Assembly (NCBI GenBank): GCA_049115495.1
Contig: JAGDZV010000002.1
Location: forward strand, 217,458 to 281,457
DNA: 64,000 bases
Reading direction: 5' to 3'
Origin: Bacteroidia bacterium
GTDB taxonomy: Bacteria; Bacteroidota; Bacteroidia; CAILMK01; JACPUW01
Both the position numbers and the translations under genes were made by a program. Every line of letters starts with the position of its first letter. Position 1 is the stretch's first letter. The notes under the pieces were generated by a model. It searched no databases and was not told the origin of the DNA. It saw only the letters and a list, made by a program, of their open reading frames with translations. Positions 47,553 to 55,352 of the stretch are shown in pieces.

Positions 47553-49352
47553 ATGAAAAAAAGCCAGGATCAACCTTTGGCAAGCGTAGCCGTGTTGCCA
47601 TTTTCAAATTTGAGTGTTTCAGAAGAGAATCAATACTTCTGCGATGGCATTACTGAAGATATTATTAATGCGTTGGCTAAGCTTAAAGAGCTAAAGGTGA
47701 TATCCCCAACTTCGTCAAGCGTTTTTAAAAACTCAATTGAAGATATAGCATCAATAGCCGAAAAGCTCAAGGTTACCTTAATTCTTAAAGGCAGTGTTAG
47801 GCTGTCAGCTTCAACGATGAGAATTTCCGTTCAACTGATTGAAGTAGCAACAAATACTCTGCTTTGGACAGAAAATTGGGACAGAAAAGTAGAAAACGTT
47901 TTCGTTATTCAAGATGAAATAAGCCTTCTTGTTGCCGATTCTATTCGCGAGCGATTGGGGCATATTGAGATAGAAGAGCACTTAATTGAAAGGCTTAATG
48001 CCAATCCGAAAGCATATGATTTTTACTTAAAAGGTAATTATCATATTAGAAAATGGAATGCGGAAGATGTTAATAAGGCCATAGAATATTTTGAAAAGGC
48101 TGCCGCATTGGACCCAAACGACATAAAGCCATATTTAGGTTTGGCTGATGCTTATAGCTTTTTGGCAGTAGCCGGCTTTGCACCCAGAGCGCAAGCGTGG
48201 TTAAAAAGTGTAGAGAACATTGAAATGGCAAAAAGTATTGATGCCAATAATGCATCGTTGAACCACATGTTAGCTAATCAAAAGTTTTTTACCGAGGCTG
48301 ATTATGCTGGCGCGTTTAAATATGCCAAAAAGGCCATTGCAGTAAAACCTAATTATGCTGAAAGTCAGCAGTTTTTATGTTTCCTTTATGCATTGAAAAA
48401 AGATTTTGAAAAGTCATATAAACATTTGATGTACGCAAAATCAATTGACCCATTGAACTTTGAAACTAAGTTTTATGAAGCATACTATTATTATAAAAGG
48501 GAAGATTTAGATCAAGCTTTTCATTTAATTGAAGAGCTTATTGCTGAAAACCCTAAAAGTTTACCCGCGGCATTAATTCATCTGTTTATTCTAATTGGCC
48601 AGAAAAAACTTGACTTGGCTGAGAATGCACTAAACAAGATGGCCATTGAAGAGATTACACCTGATGAAAGAAAAGGGCTCAATTGTTTTATTTATGCCCA
48701 TAAGCATAATAAGAGACACGATTCTTTAATTGACTTGGAGCAAAGTGGAATTGATCCATTGGCACATCACGCACATACCTATTTGTTTTTAGTATATGCC
48801 ACCTTGGGTGAATATAATGATGCTTTTACTGTTTTTGAAAAGGTTTTTACTCAAAAGTCTTCTGTGCTTCTACTTTATTTAAATGATCCTTTAGTTAGCA
48901 AACTTTCAGCTCAAAAGAGTTACACATCAATGCATCAAAGGGCTTTTCCTGAGTTAGTAGATGATGAGCCAAAAAAGAAAAGGTCATCGGCCATAGATGC
49001 CAATAAAGCTAAAGAACTTTCAGAATTACTTGTTCAATTTGTTGAAAGCAATCAGCCTTTTTTAAACCCAGCTTTAAATCTAAGAAGTTTAGCAGCTGAT
49101 ATTAATGTTAATGCCAATCAATTGTCGTGGTTGCTAAATGAGTTTTTAGGTGTGAGTTTTTCTCATTTTATTAATTCATATAGAATTGAGCATTTTAAGA
49201 AATTGATCTTAGATGAAAATAACGCTCATATATCAATAATTGGTTTAGCTTTTGAAAGCGGTTTTAGTTCAAAAACGGTGTTCAATACCTCCTTTAAAAA
49301 GATTGAAGGTATTACGCCAAAGCAATATCAAATGGCAAATTCAAAAAAATAA
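47553..49352 (+). CDS. AraC-family regulator with an N-terminal TolB-N-like module and TPR repeats
   Basis: N-terminus ..VAVLPFSNLS..ENQYFCDGITEDIINALAK.., central TPR-like helices, and a C-terminal HTH_AraC (..INSYRIEHFKKL..IGLAFESGFSSKTVFNTSFKKIEGITPKQY). Confidence 0.8.
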   Translation: MKKSQDQPLASVAVLPFSNLSVSEENQYFCDGITEDIINALAKLKELKVISPTSSSVFKNSIEDIASIAEKLKVTLILKGSVRLSASTMRISVQLIEVATNTLLWTENWDRKVENVFVIQDEISLLVADSIRERLGHIEIEEHLIERLNANPKAYDFYLKGNYHIRKWNAEDVNKAIEYFEKAAALDPNDIKPYLGLADAYSFLAVAGFAPRAQAWLKSVENIEMAKSIDANNASLNHMLANQKFFTEADYAGAFKYAKKAIAVKPNYAESQQFLCFLYALKKDFEKSYKHLMYAKSIDPLNFETKFYEAYYYYKREDLDQAFHLIEELIAENPKSLPAALIHLFILIGQKKLDLAENALNKMAIEEITPDERKGLNCFIYAHKHNKRHDSLIDLEQSGIDPLAHHAHTYLFLVYATLGEYNDAFTVFEKVFTQKSSVLLLYLNDPLVSKLSAQKSYTSMHQRAFPELVDDEPKKKRSSAIDANKAKELSELLVQFVESNQPFLNPALNLRSLAADINVNANQLSWLLNEFLGVSFSHFINSYRIEHFKKLILDENNAHISIIGLAFESGFSSKTVFNTSFKKIEGITPKQYQMANSKK

Positions 49353-49375
49353 GTTCTGATTTATAAATCAGAACT
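49352..49375 (+). terminator. Palindromic hairpin after the AraC-family gene
   Basis: agttctgatttataaatcagaact is a perfect 24-nt palindrome directly after the stop codon. No T-run follows. Confidence 0.35.
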
Positions 49376-49446
49376 TGGATACTGAATATCCGAACAATTA
49401 AGGCCTCAAGGTGATGTCAATTTGTACCATTAAAAAAGTACAAGAC

Positions 49447-50439
49447 ATGACAAATCAAATCACCATGAAAGCAGTTGTAGCCACAAGATATGGCGGACCA
49501 GAAGTATACAAAATTGCTGAACTGCCAAAGCCTACACCAAAACCTAATGAAATTTTAGTAAGAGTAAAGGCTGCATCGGCAACTACGGCCGATTCAATGA
49601 TAAGAACTGGTAAGCCTTATTTCGGACGCCTTTTTATAGGTTTTAGAAAGCCAAGAAAAGCCACGCCAGGCACTGGTTTTGCGGGCATTATTGAAAGCCT
49701 AGGCGCTGAAGTTGATGCATTTAAAATTGGCGACAGGGTATTTGGGGAAACTCTTTTTAATTTTAGCTCAAATGCAGAATACATATGCGTGCCTGCCAAT
49801 GGGGTGGTACTTAAAATGCCTCAGAACCTTCAGTTTGCTGAAGCGGCAAGTTTTTGCGATGGCCATTTAACTTCTTATAATTTTCTTTCTAACATAGTAG
49901 CACTAAAAAAGGGCGATAAGGTACTTATCAATGGTGCTTCGGGTTCTTTGGGAGTTTCGGCTATTCAAATTGCCAAATATTTTGGTGCTGAGGTAACTGC
50001 GGTTTGTAGCCAAAGAAACATTGGCTTGGTAGAGTCTTTGGGAGCTGATCACACAATTAATTATCAAAGCCAAGATTTTACCCAAAGCAACGATAAGTAT
50101 GACTTTATTTATGACACTATAGGCAAAAGCTCATTTAAAAAAACAAAGGCAATTCTTAAGCCCAATGGTAAGTATTTGTCGCCAGTTCTAAATTTTCCAT
50201 TACTGGTTCAAATGCTATTAACATCACTAAAAGGCGGTAAGAAAGCAATTTTTGAAGCTACAGGATCAAACAAACCTGCAAAGTTAAAAACCATGCTTAA
50301 GGGTGTAATGGATGTTTACAAAACAGGCAAACTCAAAACTGTAATTGACAGGCAATTTCCACTTGAGAAAATCGCTGAAGCGCATAGATATATTGATACG
50401 GGTAGAAAAAGAGGAAGTATTGCTTTAATTAATGAATAA
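49447..50439 (+). CDS. Medium-chain (zinc-type/quinone) NAD(P)-dependent oxidoreductase
   Basis: ..EILVRVKAAS.., ..GDRVFG.., nucleotide-binding loop ..INGASGSLGVSAIQIAK... Start uncertain (49411 GTG, 49447 or 49465 ATG). Confidence 0.8.
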   Translation: MTNQITMKAVVATRYGGPEVYKIAELPKPTPKPNEILVRVKAASATTADSMIRTGKPYFGRLFIGFRKPRKATPGTGFAGIIESLGAEVDAFKIGDRVFGETLFNFSSNAEYICVPANGVVLKMPQNLQFAEAASFCDGHLTSYNFLSNIVALKKGDKVLINGASGSLGVSAIQIAKYFGAEVTAVCSQRNIGLVESLGADHTINYQSQDFTQSNDKYDFIYDTIGKSSFKKTKAILKPNGKYLSPVLNFPLLVQMLLTSLKGGKKAIFEATGSNKPAKLKTMLKGVMDVYKTGKLKTVIDRQFPLEKIAEAHRYIDTGRKRGSIALINE

Positions 50440-51103
50440 GAAAAAAGATATGAAAAATTCAGTATACGCAAGAATAACTGGGATATCATTGCTTTTAATG
50501 GCAATAGTTGCCATGTTTAGCTTTGGATTTGTTTACTCCAGCATATTGGTGGCAGAAAATGCTTTGGCCACAGGAAATAATGTTAAGCAGCAATCAGACT
50601 TATTTCTCAATGGCCTTTTGGGCTGGGTGATGGTGGCAGTTTTAGATGTTATTGTTTCAATTGGTTTATACAAGTCTTTTAAAGGTATTCAGTTAAAGCT
50701 ATCGGCAGTGGCCGCGGCAATTAGAATTGTTTACACCGCTTTTTTAGTAATTGCTATTTGGCAACAAGGCCTCGCTTATGTTAATAGAGTAACATATTCA
50801 GAACATGAGCTTTACAATTATTTAGTAGCCTTTGAATCAATTTGGACCCAAGGGCTCATAATATTTGGATTTCATCTATTGTTATTGGCCGCAATTGCTT
50901 TTAAAGCAGATATAATTTCGAGTGTTTATGGTTGGCTATTAGCAGTTGCCGGAATTGGCTACGTGTTATTGAGCTCTTTAAAAGCTTTGCTAGGTAATAT
51001 TGAATGGCTTTCAACTTTAGAAATGATATTAGCTACGCCAATGGCAGTGGGGGAGTTGGCTTTGGCTATTTGGCTTATTGTAAAAGCTAAAAAGTTTGAT
51101 TAA
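50432..51103 (+). CDS. Multi-pass membrane protein (DUF4386-like)
   Basis: 223 aa with about 6 hydrophobic helices. The family assignment is from memory of similar sequences. Confidence 0.55.
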   Translation: MNKKKDMKNSVYARITGISLLLMAIVAMFSFGFVYSSILVAENALATGNNVKQQSDLFLNGLLGWVMVAVLDVIVSIGLYKSFKGIQLKLSAVAAAIRIVYTAFLVIAIWQQGLAYVNRVTYSEHELYNYLVAFESIWTQGLIIFGFHLLLLAAIAFKADIISSVYGWLLAVAGIGYVLLSSLKALLGNIEWLSTLEMILATPMAVGELALAIWLIVKAKKFD

Positions 51104-51181
51104 ATCTGATCCAACTGAACATTAAATGGATTTTGCAAGCGTTAATGTGATTCGAAATTATTGAGTTTTACATTTTTAATC

Positions 51182-51940
51182 ATGAAGAGATTTATTTTCC
51201 TAACAGTTTTTGCTTCTTTATTTAACCTAGTAAATGCGCAAAAAACGATTCATATTTATGTCGCGCTATGTGATAATGTTAATCAAGGAATTGTTACTGT
51301 GCCAAGTAAACTGGGAAATGGGCAAGACCCAGCCAAAAATCTGTATTGGGGAGCCATGTATGGAGTTAAGTCATTTTTTAAATACAAGGTAGACGAGTGG
51401 ATACTTGTTAAAAATGTCAAACCTGAAAATCCGAAAATTCTTGAAAGAGTTCTGTTTAAACACAAAACTCAAGAAGTTTATTTTTTAGCAGATGCTTATG
51501 ATGGCGCTCAAATAAAATCCTGCACTATTGATTTTTTAAAAGCTACAAATGGTCAGGGGTTAGAAACAATAGAATATGAAAACAAAGTCTTAGATTTTGC
51601 GGGGAAATCTGACCTAGTGGTTTACTGTGGCCATAATGGTTTAATGGACTTTGAATTGAATATTGAATTCGAGGAGCTTCCTAAGAAGAATGACTGCATG
51701 ATTTTAGCTTGTTACAGCAAATCTTATTTTGAAGAATATATTAGGCGTACTGGAGCCAACCCCGTTTTATGGACCACACATTTAATGGCTCCCGAAGCCT
51801 ATACTCTTAATGCGGCTTTTGAAACCTGGCTCAAAAGTGGCAATGGTCTTCAAATTGAAGAACAAGCCGCACAGGCTTACAATAAATTTCAAAAATGTGG
51901 GATCAATGGAGCTAGAAACCTTTTTACAACGGGTTTTTAG
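51182..51940 (+). CDS. Hypothetical secreted protein with a His/Cys dyad pattern
   Basis: Signal peptide MKRFIFLTVFASLFNLVNAQ. Contains ..DLVVYCGHNG.. and, 26 aa later, ..CMILACYS... Confidence 0.45.
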   Translation: MKRFIFLTVFASLFNLVNAQKTIHIYVALCDNVNQGIVTVPSKLGNGQDPAKNLYWGAMYGVKSFFKYKVDEWILVKNVKPENPKILERVLFKHKTQEVYFLADAYDGAQIKSCTIDFLKATNGQGLETIEYENKVLDFAGKSDLVVYCGHNGLMDFELNIEFEELPKKNDCMILACYSKSYFEEYIRRTGANPVLWTTHLMAPEAYTLNAAFETWLKSGNGLQIEEQAAQAYNKFQKCGINGARNLFTTGF

Positions 51941-52354
51941 CTAGATTGCCTTAATCTTATTGTTTCGTTTTTCATGAGTAATTTCAGCTAAACCCAAGGC
52001 TTCCATTAGTGGTGGAATATACATGCCAAACCTACCCCTAAAGTTCTTTTTTAATCCATACCAGCCACCAATAGGATTATTTTCAGAACGTCCCCAATGT
52101 TCTAATGTTCCTTCTTTTGCAGCTTGTTTCTCGTCTTTACTTCCCATTTCTATCCAATCGCCATGTTCCTTAAGCATGTTATGAACATCATCAATGCATC
52201 TCAAATCGTAATGCAAAATGGTTTTGCCTACTGTACAAACCAAAATTTCTTTGCCGTCTTTTTCATCAACGTGCATGGTATAGTTCGATGTAAGCGGTGG
52301 CGTTTGCAGTTCAAGTGGGTTTGCTTTATTTCCAATTTTCTCTTTGTAGTTCAT
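51941..52354 (-). CDS. Conserved hypothetical protein
   Basis: 137 aa from MNYKEK... ..NPIGGWYGLKKNFRGRFGMYIPPLMEALGL.. looks like a widespread uncharacterised family that I cannot name reliably. Confidence 0.45.
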   Translation of the reverse strand: MNYKEKIGNKANPLELQTPPLTSNYTMHVDEKDGKEILVCTVGKTILHYDLRCIDDVHNMLKEHGDWIEMGSKDEKQAAKEGTLEHWGRSENNPIGGWYGLKKNFRGRFGMYIPPLMEALGLAEITHEKRNNKIKAI

Positions 52355-52413
52355 GACTATTCGATTTGGGATAAAAATAATCAATTAAGATTTGATGTAG
52401 TGCAAGACCTTGC

Positions 52414-53577
52414 TTAGCGACTGATTACGAGTTTGGTTGTTCCAATTACTACATCACCATCTTTTATTTGAGCCAAATAGATGCCATTAGCAAGGTTTAT
52501 TGAAACTTTCAGCTTTTCATTTTTATCATTTTGAATAGGGAGTGAAACCAACATAGCCCCTTGTAGATTGTAAATTGAAAGTACACCAGATTTCAACTTT
52601 TTTGAATAGGAAATATTGAAGTAACCAAGGTTAGGGTTGGGGTAAAGCTCAACGGTCTCATTTTTTCTAGTTTTGGCTCGTATGTTATTGGTATTGTCAA
52701 AAGCTAGTTTAATTGCCACTGGCCTGTGGTCTGAAATATGTTGATCATAGTGCTGCCATCCGTTTAAATTTTCATCTACCAAAATGGTTTTTACGGCTGA
52801 TCCATTTCTTTCAAAGTCGCTAAATAGCTCATTTGAAATTATGATATGATCAAGGTCAGAAGGCCAGCTTGGGAAAGACCAATCAGAACTACTGCCATTT
52901 GAAATGTCAAAATCAGCGAACGAATAATTCAATGAATCGCCTAGAATTTTTTTAAAAACATTATGCTCGTTTACATCAGTCAGTTCGTCATTTAAATCTC
53001 CTAGAATTATTACTTTTTCATTGGCGAAATTTGCATCAACATACTCTTTAAGGTAGTTCATTGCAAAAAGCCTTCTTGTTTCTTCATCTCCTTCATCTTC
53101 AATATCTAAAGTGCCATCTCCACAGCATTTAAAATGATTATTAATTACTATAATCCGCTCATTATTAAAGTTTAAGTCCATTACCATGGGCGATCTCGGA
53201 AAAGCATTCCAGAACTGCGAAGTAGAAAAGATCTCGTAAATACTGTTGATTTCGATTTCTCTTGAGTCATACAAATAAGCCAAACCGCCAAAATAGGCAG
53301 ATTCGAAATGGCCTTTATAACTTTTAATATTTTGTTCTAATCTTCTAAATGCTGCTGTATCACTTACTTCTTGTATCGCTAAAAGGTCAATTTGCATGGC
53401 CTCAATTACGTCTTTTACAAAAACCAAAGTGGTTTCGCCATTTTTAGGAAACCTTTCAATATTCCAAGTGGCAACTTCAAATGTTGAGTCTGTTCCAAAT
53501 TTTAGATGCTCTAGTGACTGTGCATTAAGTACTAAAATCGAAAAACTAAAACTAAGTAGAGCGCAAAATTGCTTCAT
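52414..53577 (-). CDS. Endonuclease/exonuclease/phosphatase (EEP) family protein with a T9SS sorting domain
   Basis: Signal peptide. EEP motifs (..VATWNIERF.., ..LLAIQEV.., ..ILGDLND.., ..SDHRPV..). CTD ..LYPNPNLGYFNIS..GIYLAQIKDG..KLVISR. Confidence 0.8.
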   Translation of the reverse strand: MKQFCALLSFSFSILVLNAQSLEHLKFGTDSTFEVATWNIERFPKNGETTLVFVKDVIEAMQIDLLAIQEVSDTAAFRRLEQNIKSYKGHFESAYFGGLAYLYDSREIEINSIYEIFSTSQFWNAFPRSPMVMDLNFNNERIIVINNHFKCCGDGTLDIEDEGDEETRRLFAMNYLKEYVDANFANEKVIILGDLNDELTDVNEHNVFKKILGDSLNYSFADFDISNGSSSDWSFPSWPSDLDHIIISNELFSDFERNGSAVKTILVDENLNGWQHYDQHISDHRPVAIKLAFDNTNNIRAKTRKNETVELYPNPNLGYFNISYSKKLKSGVLSIYNLQGAMLVSLPIQNDKNEKLKVSINLANGIYLAQIKDGDVVIGTTKLVISR

Positions 53578-53781
53578 TAATTCAAAGAAACAGTTTTTGC
53601 GAGTTTATGAATGATAATTAAACATGTATATGTTTTAATGACTTTAAGAAAGAAATGAAGTTAATCCACTTTTCTAATATGAACATTTCTATTTCTCCAT
53701 ATACCTGCCAGGTTTAAATTGTTAGAGGTAGTTTTGGTTTATGGTTTGAAAAAACAATCTGTTAATCTATTATAAGTAAAA

Positions 53782-54285
53782 ATGAAAAATATTGGGTTGC
53801 TAATAATTATGGCCTTTATAGTTGTAGCCTGTTCTCAAAAAAATGGGGTTAACTATTTTCCAATAGAAAAATTCGAGATTAGTAACGGGCTTATTGAAGA
53901 TAGCACCATTGTTTATATACTTTATGCAAGTGTAAGCTCCGGTGGAGAGAGTTTTAATTACAAGGAAGAAACTAAGTTTCTTGGAAAGGGCGATTCTTAT
54001 GTTCAGTTAGTGGTTCATACAGGTCAAGGAGACACTTTCAATATCTTAACACCTGTACAAGACCAATTTACTAGTAAAGATCATGAAAAGGAGTTTTACT
54101 TCAGATCAATTGAAGATCAATTGGTCAGAATTCTATTTCTTGATAATAAAGATATTTCAAATGCTAAGGATCTTAATAATAGGTCAATTAAAGAAGTAAA
54201 AAAGGTGCTACGAGATCCAAATTTTGATAAAATAGCAGACAATAATTACCCTACTACATTGGGAGTAATTGAAAGGAGAAATTAA
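53782..54285 (+). CDS. Hypothetical lipoprotein
   Basis: Lipobox ..FIVVACSQ... No recognisable domain. Confidence 0.4.
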   Translation: MKNIGLLIIMAFIVVACSQKNGVNYFPIEKFEISNGLIEDSTIVYILYASVSSGGESFNYKEETKFLGKGDSYVQLVVHTGQGDTFNILTPVQDQFTSKDHEKEFYFRSIEDQLVRILFLDNKDISNAKDLNNRSIKEVKKVLRDPNFDKIADNNYPTTLGVIERRN

Positions 54286-54333
54286 TTGGTTCTTTTGCCA
54301 AAAGTGGCTCTTTGCCATACATGTTAAACCTTT

Positions 54334-54735
54334 ATGAAAATCTATAAAGACAAAATTCCAAAGGGATATAGATATCCTATTAAAACAAGTCAAATTGAAA
54401 TGGCAATTGAAGGGTTTGATATTAAGAGTATAGAATCCATAATCTATAGCAATCAAAACATTGGAAATCATCTAATTAGTTTTCATTTTAATGGTTATCA
54501 CAACAAAAACAATTTAATAAAAAACGGCACGTCTTTTATATTCATTAACAAAGTAAAAAGCACCGATTTTAGCAAAGATTTAGTTGATCAACTTCAAACA
54601 AAACTTGATGAAGGTTTTAAATGGTTGCAGACCATGGAGCATCAAGGTGAAGACTCATCATTTGTTAGTCAGAACTATTCTTTTTATATCGCTATTTTAG
54701 AAAATAAATTGGTGTCAAAGATTAAAAGGGTATAA
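54334..54735 (+). CDS. Hypothetical protein
   Basis: 133-aa ORF with no signal peptide and no recognisable motif. Confidence 0.35.
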   Translation: MKIYKDKIPKGYRYPIKTSQIEMAIEGFDIKSIESIIYSNQNIGNHLISFHFNGYHNKNNLIKNGTSFIFINKVKSTDFSKDLVDQLQTKLDEGFKWLQTMEHQGEDSSFVSQNYSFYIAILENKLVSKIKRV

Positions 54736-54803
54736 ATTATTCGAAGATTAGATTACCCATTGTAATGTCTGAATTTGAAAAGGGGGTAGATTGAAATAAA
54801 AAA

Positions 54804-54989
54804 TGGCCGGGGAGTAGAAAATCCTAATAAAAAGGATTTTGGCCGCCGATACATCGCTGACTTCCACCGTTCTCCCAAAGGATCATTATTCTGCCCGTAG
54901 GCAGAAGGTTAGAGGCCTGTCATTGACATACCAATTCGGACCGACATTTTAGATAGTGTTGATTTTCTCTCATCAAGTTAACCCGGCCA
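54804..54989 (+). ncRNA. Candidate structured RNA with yybP-ykoY (Mn2+) riboswitch-like boxes; identity unconfirmed
   Basis: 8-bp GC clamp tggccggg (54804-54811) / cccggcca (54982-54989). GGGGAGTAG at 54809-54817 and TTGACATA at 54923-54930. Internal hairpins at 54818-54840, 54891-54904 and about 54959-54976. Confidence 0.35.
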
Positions 54990-55213
54990 ATGTCTTTATT
55001 CAGTCTTTAAATGAACTTCTTTTCTATGATTCAAATATATGTAGCCTTAGTCCACACAAGTATGACTTTCGTCTCTTTTTAATCTTTAAAATTTTAAATG
55101 ACTCATCTCTAAAACTTTAAAATTTTGAATGCTTGATGTTGGGTTTTGAAATTGTCTTTAAACAAGGTTCAAGCATAAATTTTTAGAATATTACGTTGGC
55201 TGACGCCAAGGTC

Positions 55214-55334
55214 TAACCAAAAAAGTGTTGGGTCATTCCAAACTTGATTTGGAATCTGCTCAAAGTGTTGTATTTTAATTCTATAGATTCCGGATCAAGT
55301 CCGGAATGACATTGTAACTCACTTTTTTGTTATG
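55214..55334. repeat. Inverted pair of REP-like 25-nt hairpin units
   Basis: gtcattccAAacttgatTTggaatc (55232-55256). The reverse complement of 55286-55310 is gtcattccGGacttgatCCggaatc. The flanks aaccaaaaaagtgttgg / taactcacttttttgtta are also roughly inverted. Confidence 0.55.
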
Positions 55335-55352
55335 CCGAAAAGTCATTTCAAA

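Noticed and set aside
47398-47556. 52-codon ORF (MAVKRFVLEYKNGCAVKK...) in the 306-bp spacer upstream of the AraC-family gene
   Set aside because: It is below the track threshold, has no motif, has a hydrophobic and random-looking C-terminus, and runs into the next gene's start. It is more likely non-coding promoter DNA.
54804-54989. Alternative readings of the structured element: RNase P RNA, tmRNA, SRP RNA, 6S RNA, or a hammerhead on the minus strand (cTTGATGAG)
   Set aside because: At 186 nt it is too short for RNase P, and GAGGAAAGUCCGGGC is absent. There is no tRNA-like 3' end or tag ORF, so it is not tmRNA. The SRP GGUCCGGAAGGAAGCAGC box is absent. The fold is multi-hairpin rather than the 6S rod, although the Flavobacteria-specific 6S model should still be tested. 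The minus-strand CUGAUGA-like string has an extra U and lacks the GAAA partner geometry.
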